DNA of 54,426 nucleotides from Patescibacteria group bacterium (GTDB lineage: Bacteria > Patescibacteriota > Patescibacteriia > UBA1558 > UBA10009). The DNA is taken from the NCBI GenBank assembly GCA_041662565.1, contig JBAZSE010000004.1, forward strand, positions 73,398-127,823, written 5' to 3'. The notes beneath the pieces are model-generated. The model had not been told where the DNA came from and made no database searches. It worked only from the letters and a program-made list of their open reading frames with translations. The stretch's first letter is position 1. Each line of letters begins with the position of its first letter. Of this stretch, positions 17,201-23,897 are shown one piece after another. The translations under genes were made by a program, and so were the position numbers.

Positions 17201-18450
17201 TGGCCAACTGAAGGGTTGGACAGAGTGCCATCCTTATCAATTTCCACATCGCCGGAGTTAGCCGAACCAATACTTGTGGTTTTGCTAACAATTGGGAATG
17301 AACCGTTAACAACAGCAGTAGAAGTAATATCAGTAGAGTTAACTTGAAAGTAGCTGAAATGACCAGAGTAAGTAGCAGTAGCGCCGGTATCAGCACTTAA
17401 GGTTAAGGTCTTGGTAGAACCAGCAGGAATAGCTAAGCCAATATTGACAAATTGAGCCATATTGGTGGTGCTATTTAGGGTTTTACCATTGGTTAATCTG
17501 GTAGCGCCATCATACAAATAAAGATTTGTATATTGGGCGGAAGAACCAATGCCTAATCTTTTAACACTCAAAGTGTTAAGGGTAACAGCGCCGTCAGCAG
17601 CCGCGGTCAAATTAATTTTCATTAACGGGACGTTGGTAGCTAAACCTGGAACTGTCTGATCGCCTGGGGTATCAGAAGCCAAAGCTACTGTTAAGCCAGA
17701 ACCGGAAATTGGGGTAGCAGAACCACTACCAGCCATAGGAGCAGCTAAAGCTGATTCCATGGAAGTAACGGAAGAGCCATCGGAATAACCGGACAAATCA
17801 GAAGCGGTTTGCACAAAGGCCATGTTAAATCTGTTGGCGGTAAAACCAGCATCAGTAACAGGGCGCTTGGTGGAACCATCAATGTAATAGGTTTGGGAAG
17901 AAGCAGCTGTTTTAACCAAAGAACCAGTTGGGTAGTTTGAAGAGCTGGTTAATTGGGCGCCGACGGTGTAATAACCGTACAAAAAGTTAGGCAAGCCTAA
18001 AATTTGGCTTTCCCAAGATGAACCAAAGAATTTAACAGCAGTAGCGGCAGAGTCAACGTGCATAATGGTGCCGTTGGTACCAACTGCGTAAACTTTAGGA
18101 TCATCAACGCTAAAGCCGCCATCGGCTTTTAACGAAACAAACTGCACCAACTTGGTGCCTGGTCTTACAACGATTGTTGAGCCCAGGTCATAGCCGGACA
18201 ATTCATCGGTGGAAACGGTTTTTACGCTGGAAAAATCTTTATACCAGGTAAAATACTGATTCGCATGATGGAAAGGATGCCTCTTTAAGTTGGAATCCAA
18301 GTAATAAACAGCGGTGGTGTTTGAGGCAGTGATTAAATCACCAGGCACGGCCACATTGGCGGCGGTGGTGGTTAAAGCAAAACCAAAAGTACCAAAAGCT
18401 GTTAAAACCATCATGGAGATCAAGAACGATTTCTTTAAGAAATTACTCAT
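14263..18450 (-). CDS. giant (1395 aa) secreted repeat-rich surface protein (S-layer/adhesin-like)
   Basis: N-terminal signal/anchor FLISMMVLTAFGTFGFALTTTAANVA and AAGGAG RBS. Ser/Thr/Ala/Gly/Asn-rich with recurring ~100-aa beta-type modules. One uninterrupted 4.2-kb ORF. Confidence 0.8.
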   Translation of the reverse strand: MSNFLKKSFLISMMVLTAFGTFGFALTTTAANVAVPGDLITASNTTAVYYLDSNLKRHPFHHANQYFTWYKDFSSVKTVSTDELSGYDLGSTIVVRPGTKLVQFVSLKADGGFSVDDPKVYAVGTNGTIMHVDSAATAVKFFGSSWESQILGLPNFLYGYYTVGAQLTSSSNYPTGSLVKTAASSQTYYIDGSTKRPVTDAGFTANRFNMAFVQTASDLSGYSDGSSVTSMESALAAPMAGSGSATPISGSGLTVALASDTPGDQTVPGLATNVPLMKINLTAAADGAVTLNTLSVKRLGIGSSAQYTNLYLYDGATRLTNGKTLNSTTNMAQFVNIGLAIPAGSTKTLTLSADTGATATYSGHFSYFQVNSTDITSTAVVNGSFPIVSKTTSIGSANSGDVEIDKDGTLSNPSVGQLNAKIAQFKLSAGTGEDLTIKRITLYEAGTLNNAYLSNLSLYQLTTKLASVSSVNAKGYVVFDLATPFTLAKNTNRIFYVYADINGAARNTDTIRTYLDQTTDLYAVGATYGYGATVDMSTSGTDTGTYDGTSTYYSEVTVQGGQFTVTMDGPIAGNVAAGATNVSLMNFGVTSKVNAEIRSLRVELSNSGAAGANLDKTAADTTADDCSNDYITNVKVVDTDNGESTSAVNCSSFTGDLGTGAGVYNTFTDYFTLTANVTRHFAIKADLHSSLTAATYFATLGSSVTSFYTFGPTAIKNTDNNQFVTDIAPSTFSQGTSQTVAAADLYVSLASGTPSAGTTIIQGTNKVTLAEFALKALSGSSVTISGMTMYGYVDGDGAGATSSMAVGSVADVREAGMAAVGTVYANNLVTNLRIYDKSADSALATNLNGSLESMSTAGLVTFSDMNWTIPAGETKILAVVGDVTSSAFANGDTGGEGTTGMSKYVKMNFKDNTGITAVDASNNSVTMKNSTGGAYVITSGNGSATAVTSSTYIVIAESGTLNVTADSNPDAANVVASTLNVPVLNLKFQATNEAFNVNKLRIEQKEAATNDRSVTSVTIKYTNKDNTIVFATQQLISGVADFNITANPLYVPIGSKVVNVYFNLAAINQNTAAYTGDVVSAMFDEDSNFEAKGAGSSRTSITSVSNASSIVDVPGNLMVVHGTLPVFTADETGGNLAGGVNQLYKFQVTANEGTDLTLKKLSFKLGMTDVVKDTSTLYLSNFEILEGDSYNAAAALTQADTGAKAYQIYNGWGATTTVATGVLGGKLSDANSYLYQNTALNSAAAGSGASSTNDVILVFNQERVISSGQSKYYILTANVGHFETGTSSNGDAVWTYLFNGDTASNTTTGYKYLKANCVGNSPSKAQSKYCLSSNANGAESTGSYMIWSDSTGVNGNLSHTDLNASSTYDGTAVTKSADWFNGYNIKTLNKSRSLN

Positions 18451-18507
18451 TTTTATTAATCTCCTTATTAACTCATTTTCCGTCTTTTCCGTTTGTAAAT
18501 AGCGCCT

Positions 18508-18545
18508 GTCACGCTCAGCGTGACAATTACGACGCTAAGCGTCGT
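18508..18545. repeat. two tandem GCTNAGC-centred palindromes
   Basis: gtcacGCTCAGCgtgac (18508-18524) and acgacGCTAAGCgtcgt (18529-18545). Confidence 0.8.
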
Positions 18546-18933
18546 GCCCGCTAGAGCCCAACAAAACATAATTTTAATTAACTCCGGCTCAAAAGCCGAT
18601 CAACCTTTAGCTAATCCAAATTATGGACAACTACTTATAACCTTGAAAAGGGCAAAAAATGAGGGGTTGTCAACGACTTTACTTAACTTACCCGCTCATC
18701 AAGCTTTCACTAAATTAACGGGTAATTGACTTATGTCCGAAACCGTCCCTGTTATTTACAAAGAGGCGGCCGTCGGACACAAGCCAAAAATAAAGCAATT
18801 GACGTTGTTTAACTACAGCCATGGGTTAAAACCCACGACTTTAACTTACTAAATTAGCTGTACTTTTGCCTTATTTAAGCAGAAATACAACAAAATATTT
18901 CTTCAACCGGTTTGGTTAAAGAAATGTTTTGAT

Positions 18934-18962
18934 ATTATAAAATAAAGAACAAACTTTGTCAA
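18934..18962 (-). promoter_or_regulatory. consensus sigma-70 promoter TTGACA-N17-TATAAT
   Basis: Minus strand: ttgaca (18962-18957), aagtttgttctttattt, tataat (18939-18934). About 475 nt upstream of the giant gene's ATG. Confidence 0.7.
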
Positions 18963-19000
18963 AAACACTTCTGTGGACAATTTTCTGCCCAATTATCATT

Positions 19001-20299
19001 TTAATCTTCTAAAAATGGCAAGGTTAACGTGCTGGAAGTGGGCTGTTCGGAAAAAATCAATGAAGGATTAACCTTTACTCCTTTAGGATTAATAATCGGT
19101 AAAGTTGTTTCTAAACTGGATGTGGAATCCTTAACGTTTACAGTCGGTACTTTAGGCGCTCCAACTTTTAACAAATTAATGGTACTGCTGGAAGTAGTGG
19201 CTGATTGCAATAAGGCATCATTAATTACAGAAATATCCCCGATTTTTGAAACAATATCTTTTGATTGCTTGGCAATAACATTACTGGCTTTTACTTTTTC
19301 CAAAGCACCGGTTAAATTATCGTTGTTTAACAAACCCTTGGCTTCATCCAAAATAACCTGGGCTTTACCGGAATTTTCAACAGCATCGGTTAATTCTTTA
19401 TTTAAGGCCTTAACTTCCACTTTTTTAGGATCATCTTTTTTGGTGGCCAATGAATCGGCCAAGCCAACTTGTTCGGCCTGCGCGCCCAACTGATTGATAT
19501 TTTCCTGTGCGTGATTAATAACTTCGGACAAAACATCTTTAACCTGATCAGCTGCCCCGCTTTGGCCTTCAATCGGCTGATTTTGAATTTGATTAACGGC
19601 TACTTCCAAACTGGCAACGCCCGTTGCTTCAATAACCGATTGAGCTTCGGATACAGTTTTATTAACATCCTGGGTTGGCACCGAAACTTTAATTTGTTCC
19701 AAACTTTTAACGGCTTCTTGGCCGTTTTGGGTAATTTGCAAAGCCAATTGAGTTACTTCTGATTTTTCTTGTTGATCTTGGCCTGAATCCTCTTTAGCAA
19801 TGGCCAATGAATTAGCGGCTCCGGCAATATTGCCCTCTAAATACTTAACTATTTTATTAATATGTTGAACTTTTTCTTCAGCGGAAATTTCATTATCATT
19901 GGCTATATGCCCCAGTTGAGCTTCTCTTTTTTCGGCATAAAACAAGTGGACATTGATTTCATCTTTAGGCGTAAAAGCCAATAAAATGTTGATTTTTTCG
20001 GCTGTCCGATCCAGCAAGCCCATGGCTCCAACAGGCGGAATTTCGGCTTGGGCAACCAAATTGGTGCCAAACATTACTGCTACTAAAGTAACTAAAGCCG
20101 TCATTTTAACCGGAGATGGCATTAATTTGCCGGACCAAATAACAAAAGACAAATAAAACTTGTTAGACCAGGTTGGTTCCAAAGCAATGGTCTCGGTTTC
20201 AATTTTTTTCAACAAAAAAGACCGGGCATTTTCGGTCCATTTGGAAGAAGGTGAGATTGTTTCCAGTTTTTTAAATTGTTTAAGAAGGCGTTCGGGCAT
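19001..20299 (-). CDS. membrane-anchored anti-sigma-like protein (DUF5667-like coiled extracytoplasmic domain)
   Basis: 13 nt downstream of the ECF sigma gene. Single TM (VKMTALVTLVAVMFGTNLVAQA) followed by a long Q/E/K/A-rich helical region. Confidence 0.5.
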   Translation of the reverse strand: MPERLLKQFKKLETISPSSKWTENARSFLLKKIETETIALEPTWSNKFYLSFVIWSGKLMPSPVKMTALVTLVAVMFGTNLVAQAEIPPVGAMGLLDRTAEKINILLAFTPKDEINVHLFYAEKREAQLGHIANDNEISAEEKVQHINKIVKYLEGNIAGAANSLAIAKEDSGQDQQEKSEVTQLALQITQNGQEAVKSLEQIKVSVPTQDVNKTVSEAQSVIEATGVASLEVAVNQIQNQPIEGQSGAADQVKDVLSEVINHAQENINQLGAQAEQVGLADSLATKKDDPKKVEVKALNKELTDAVENSGKAQVILDEAKGLLNNDNLTGALEKVKASNVIAKQSKDIVSKIGDISVINDALLQSATTSSSTINLLKVGAPKVPTVNVKDSTSSLETTLPIINPKGVKVNPSLIFSEQPTSSTLTLPFLED

Positions 20300-20312
20300 G
20301 GTTGATTGAATG

Positions 20313-20849
20313 CTACTTAATATAATCTTTTAACTCTTTAACTGCTCTGTGAATAATGACACGCACGTTGACTGTGGACTTATCCACAATCTTGGCAATT
20401 TCTTTAATGGAAAGATCTTCTATATACCTTAACAAGATAATTTCTCTGACTTCTGTTTTTAAAGTGAATAAGATTTTTTCCAATGCTTCGCGATCAATAT
20501 TATGATCGGGATCCACTACTACCGGATCTTCTATTTCTTCATCACCGTAAATTAAAGGCAACTCTTCTTTTTCTCTGGTTCTAAAATAATCGGCAATTAA
20601 GTTTCGGGCTATGCGATAAATCCAGGCCTGAAATTTGTTAACTTGATTACCGCCCGATAAACTTTCCCAACATTTTAAAAATGTTTGACTGGCTAAATCT
20701 TCTGCGGTTTCTTGACTGCCGACTTTGAAAAAAATATAACGATAAATCTTTTTATTATACTTATCAAAAAGAGCGCCAAAGGCCTCTGAATCTCCTTGGC
20801 TGGATTTGATAGCCAATACTTTATCCTGATGTTCGGAAGATTCGTACAT
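20313..20849 (-). CDS. ECF-type RNA polymerase sigma-70 family factor
   Basis: Region 2 (FDKYNKKIYRYIFFKV...AEDLASQTF...WIYRIARNLIADYFR) and region 4 HTH (LSIKEIAKIVDKSTVNVRVIIHRA). Confidence 0.85.
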   Translation of the reverse strand: MYESSEHQDKVLAIKSSQGDSEAFGALFDKYNKKIYRYIFFKVGSQETAEDLASQTFLKCWESLSGGNQVNKFQAWIYRIARNLIADYFRTREKEELPLIYGDEEIEDPVVVDPDHNIDREALEKILFTLKTEVREIILLRYIEDLSIKEIAKIVDKSTVNVRVIIHRAVKELKDYIK

Positions 20850-20856
20850 ATAATAA

Positions 20857-20882
20857 GACGTAATTTAACAAAAAATGTTACA
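20857..20882 (-). promoter_or_regulatory. ECF-type promoter TGTAAC-N16-CGTC upstream of the sigma gene
   Basis: Minus strand: ctgtaac-attttttgttaaatta-cgtc-ttattat-ATG. The -10 lies only 7 nt from the start codon. Confidence 0.5.
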
Positions 20883-21045
20883 GATTTAAGCCCTAAATAA
20901 AGAAAAAGCTAATATTAGCTGAATTTTGAAGATTGATTAGTATTAAGAAGCTTAATTTTGCTTAATTATACGATAATTAGGGCAAAATGTCCATTGTTTT
21001 AAAAATTAAAGCAAGGTCTAAAAAGGTGGATAAATTTTAAAAATC

Positions 21046-21165
21046 CGGCCGTTTTGCCTTGGTGTATTTTAGATAATTGATGACAACAAAATGTAGAGAC
21101 ACAACCTGTTGTGTCTCTACATTATTGATAACCAATCACGCTCTACAACGCCGGCAAAACGGCCG
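21046..21165. repeat. nested inverted-repeat element
   Basis: Outer 13-bp IR cggccgttttgcc/ggcaaaacggccg (21046-21058 and 21153-21165) enclosing a 16-bp-stem hairpin aatgtagagacacaac-ct-gttgtgtctctacatt (21090-21123). Confidence 0.75.
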
Positions 21166-21223
21166 TGCTGTGAATAACAAATTGGTTTAAAAATTAAATG
21201 ATTGGCTAAATTATTAGAATAAG

Positions 21224-21241
21224 GTATACGATATTGTATAC
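21224..21241 (+). promoter_or_regulatory. palindromic operator-like site 1 (GTATAC-N6-GTATAC)
   Basis: gtatacgatattgtatac. Part of a ~43-bp unit duplicated 63 bp downstream. Confidence 0.45.
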
Positions 21242-21286
21242 TTTATTTAATATTATTAAATATGTTAACAAATTTACTATAATTAA

Positions 21287-21304
21287 GTATAGACATATCT
21301 ATAC
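21287..21304 (+). promoter_or_regulatory. palindromic operator-like site 2 (GTATAG-N6-CTATAC)
   Basis: gtatagacatatctatac, 20 nt upstream of the HTH gene's ATG. Confidence 0.45.
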
Positions 21305-21323
21305 TTTATGGTATTATTAAAAT

Positions 21324-21629
21324 ATGGAACAACCATTATTACCAGTTAGATTATCTATTAGCGAAGCGGCCAAACTTTTTGGCGTTTCCGTTAAAACAAT
21401 TAGACAAGCCCTTAAGCGCGAAGAGATTCGTTATATTATTGCCAGAGGCAGATACAAACTTAATTTTGAAAGCGTACTTAAGTGGTCGCAAGAATCAACC
21501 CGCCGTCGCAACTTACTTTCTTCTTCCGGAGTTGGCCAGTATGTGGATAAATGGAAAATCCAAAATAAAAAATACAGCCCCAATATTCCGGCTGTTGATA
21601 ACACTCTTAGCGCTTTAAAGAAAAGTTAG
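21324..21629 (+). CDS. excisionase/MerR-type helix-turn-helix DNA-binding protein
   Basis: LSISEAAKLFGVSVKTIRQALKREEIRYI...GRYKLNFESVLKW follows the excisionase-family HTH pattern. It is the lone plus-strand gene behind a repeat-rich 470-bp spacer. Confidence 0.6.
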   Translation: MEQPLLPVRLSISEAAKLFGVSVKTIRQALKREEIRYIIARGRYKLNFESVLKWSQESTRRRNLLSSSGVGQYVDKWKIQNKKYSPNIPAVDNTLSALKKS

Positions 21630-21681
21630 TTCTTACTTTGTTGCATATAAATTTTTTTAACCCGCGCGCCAAAAAATAACA

Positions 21682-22914
21682 TTAAATATCGTCCAATTTT
21701 CTAAAACCAATTCGTTCGTGAGCCATATCATTTGTTTGCCACATCCTTCCGCGATAAATAACTCCTTTGCCGTAACGGCCATTAATAGAATCTAAGGCCT
21801 GAGCCAAATAAACATCTGCACCTAACGGATGTTTTTGTTCTACCTCAAAAGGTAAAGTAGTTTGACCGGATGGTTGGTTTAAGTTATACACACCAACGGC
21901 TAAAAAACGGACCTTATCGGTTAAAACGGCTTTAGTTAATGTTTGATCAACCAAAGAAAAAATCTCATCATCCGTTGATACCGGCCTGATTAGGGTAAAA
22001 CTTTTGCCAAAATAAGAGCCGGTAACATAGGCCCAATTAATATAAAACCCGTGGGCTACTTGGCCACCCAACCTTAACCGTTCGCCGACTTTGTAAACCA
22101 GCTTAGCCAAAGTTTTAGACAAATAATTTTTATCCTGGGTCCATTTTGGCAAACAGTAAGAGTGTCCAATGGATTTTCTGGGAGCAATTGCCAAGTTATT
22201 TTCTTGGCCCAGTTCCAAGCCATTAACTTTACTCCAAAGGTAATAACCCTGTTTGCCCAAGGCCTGCATTAAATTAGCTAAAGGAAAAACTCTTAACTGA
22301 GATATTTCGGTAATACCCAAGCTGTTTAACCGACGCGATAAAGCCGGGCCAATGCCCCAAATATCAGTTAATTTACAGCCCAAATATGCTTGCTCCAAAT
22401 CATCGGTTGAACCGATGATTTTTATAGCATCTTTGCCAGCAGTATCCGAGGCAAATTTAGCTAAAAATCGGGTAAATGAAATGCCTACCGAACACTTAAG
22501 CCAGCAACCAACTTCAGCTTTGATTCTTTGCTGAATTTTTAAAGCAATTACTTGGGCTTCGGCAAAAGAATTAACTGCCGATGACAAATCCAAAAAGGCC
22601 TCATCAATGCTGTAGGGTTCAAAATTGCCCCCAAACTCTTGCATAATTTTAAAAAAACGCTTTGTTACAGAGCGATATTTATCAGGATCATTTTCCACTA
22701 AAGCAATGTGAGGGCAGATTTGTTTGGCCAACTTAACCCGGCAACCGGTTTTAATACCCAGTTTTTTGGCCTCAACAGAGGAAGCAATAATGCAACCGTT
22801 GGGTGTTAAATAGGCACAAACACCAACAGGTTTGTTTCGTAAAAAAGGATTGGCCTGCTGTTCCACGCTGGCAAAATACGAATTCATGTCCAGGTGCGCT
22901 ATAATCTGTGGCAT
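21682..22914 (-). CDS. Y-family DNA polymerase (DinB/UmuC-like), catalytic residues intact
   Basis: IAHLDMNSYFASVE and YSIDEAFLDLS (catalytic Asp/Glu). 410 aa. 6 nt after orf82, downstream of lexA. Confidence 0.85.
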   Translation of the reverse strand: MPQIIAHLDMNSYFASVEQQANPFLRNKPVGVCAYLTPNGCIIASSVEAKKLGIKTGCRVKLAKQICPHIALVENDPDKYRSVTKRFFKIMQEFGGNFEPYSIDEAFLDLSSAVNSFAEAQVIALKIQQRIKAEVGCWLKCSVGISFTRFLAKFASDTAGKDAIKIIGSTDDLEQAYLGCKLTDIWGIGPALSRRLNSLGITEISQLRVFPLANLMQALGKQGYYLWSKVNGLELGQENNLAIAPRKSIGHSYCLPKWTQDKNYLSKTLAKLVYKVGERLRLGGQVAHGFYINWAYVTGSYFGKSFTLIRPVSTDDEIFSLVDQTLTKAVLTDKVRFLAVGVYNLNQPSGQTTLPFEVEQKHPLGADVYLAQALDSINGRYGKGVIYRGRMWQTNDMAHERIGFRKLDDI

Positions 22915-22920
22915 ATCAAT

Positions 22921-23169
22921 TTAACCCTCGCTATAAACGGTTTCCAAAACCCAGCTTAAGTTAAAAGGATTAAAGGCCAGTTGAAAATAGTTAGCCGCAT
23001 CGGTAACCGAAAAATGATAAATCAAAGCCCGTCCTGCTTGGGAAGTATGAACCAAATGAACCTTATCTATCTTATATATTTTACGACGCCAAGAAAAAGA
23101 ATGAGGAATTAAACCGTCTTTTTTAAAACTGGCAATTACTTCTATTGGCTCGTTGATTTGATCGTTCAT
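22921..23169 (-). CDS. small hypothetical protein (82 aa) in the lexA / Y-polymerase operon
   Basis: ORF lies between lexA and the polymerase and is coupled to the latter by a 6-nt gap. No S24 peptidase motif. Confidence 0.5.
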   Translation of the reverse strand: MNDQINEPIEVIASFKKDGLIPHSFSWRRKIYKIDKVHLVHTSQAGRALIYHFSVTDAANYFQLAFNPFNLSWVLETVYSEG

Positions 23170-23187
23170 GATAAAATTCTATTACGT

Positions 23188-23203
23188 CGAAAATCATTTT
23201 TCG
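23188..23203. promoter_or_regulatory. candidate SOS-box-like palindrome CGAAAA-N4-TTTTCG
   Basis: cgaaaatcatttttcg, 19-34 nt upstream of the orf82 ATG. Same architecture as the Gram-positive CGAAC-N4-GTTCG box. Confidence 0.35.
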
Positions 23204-23243
23204 TTGTCCTGACAATGCCTTGGACGAAAATGGCAAATCGTAA

Positions 23244-23855
23244 TTAAACAGTTGCGAACTTTCTAATAACTGCCCGCACTATCCCCTGGATTAAAGGATC
23301 CTTGCTGTAAATGGGCTTCATGGCGGGATTAGCCGGCTGTAAGCGGATCCGGTCTTTTTCACGATAAAACTTTTTTAAGGTAGCGTAAGCGTTATCCAAT
23401 AAAGCCACTACCACATCGCCGTTTTTAGGGCTGTGGTTGCGCTCTACAATTACATAATCCCCATCCCAAATACCTTCATCAATCATCGAACGCCCTTTAA
23501 CCCTTAAAATGTAGCTGTTATCGGCATCCTGCACAAAATCCGAAGGAATAGCCATAGTTTCCTTTTGTTCAACGGCCTCAATAGGTTCGCCGGCGGTAAT
23601 TAAACCAACCAAAGGCAAATCAATGGCTATAGCATCGCGGTAAGCCGAAAGCAGAACGGGCTCCAGAGCCCGTTTTTGCCCCTCTGAGGCCTTTAAATAG
23701 CCCTTTTCCTCTAAGGCCTTAACATGCTGGTGAATCGTGGCTGGAGAGGAAACACCCAGATGATCGGCAATTTCCATATAGCTGGGAGCGTAATCATTAT
23801 CCTTAAGATAATAAGTAATGTAATCCAGAATTTCTTTTTGCCTTTTGGTAAGCAT
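23244..23855 (-). CDS. lexA: LexA repressor (S24 autopeptidase)
   Basis: N-terminal wHTH (MLTKRQKEILDYI...SYMEIADHLGVSSPATIHQHVKALEEKGYL), Ala-Gly cleavage site (ITAGEP), GRSM Ser and LKKF Lys. Confidence 0.9.
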   Translation of the reverse strand: MLTKRQKEILDYITYYLKDNDYAPSYMEIADHLGVSSPATIHQHVKALEEKGYLKASEGQKRALEPVLLSAYRDAIAIDLPLVGLITAGEPIEAVEQKETMAIPSDFVQDADNSYILRVKGRSMIDEGIWDGDYVIVERNHSPKNGDVVVALLDNAYATLKKFYREKDRIRLQPANPAMKPIYSKDPLIQGIVRAVIRKFATV

Positions 23856-23879
23856 AAGGATAAAGATTAATGATTAATT

Positions 23880-23897
23880 TGTTGATAGTTATCAACA
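23880..23897. promoter_or_regulatory. candidate operator palindrome TGTTGATA-N2-TATCAACA upstream of lexA
   Basis: 8-bp perfect arms, 25-42 nt upstream of the lexA ATG. Overlaps a possible TTGATA -35 hexamer. Confidence 0.4.

Noticed and set aside
15374-17396. Several 66-88-aa ORFs on both strands inside the 4.2-kb giant gene
   Set aside because: All are fully embedded in one long uninterrupted ORF with biased composition. They are typical shadow ORFs.
18520-18729. 69-aa plus-strand ORF in the long spacer upstream of the giant gene
   Set aside because: It starts inside the GCTNAGC palindromes with no RBS, and it runs opposite to the consensus promoter and to all neighbours. The region is better explained as a 5' leader or non-coding DNA.
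19029-19762. 154-aa and 97-aa plus-strand ORFs inside the anti-sigma-like gene
   Set aside because: They are antisense shadow ORFs of a gene that is translationally linked to the sigma factor gene.
20850-21323. The HTH (excisionase-type) gene plus repeat-rich spacer as a prophage or integrative-element boundary
   Set aside because: No integrase, phage or conjugation genes, and no tRNA-adjacent att-like direct repeats, are visible. The flanking genes look like ordinary chromosomal genes.
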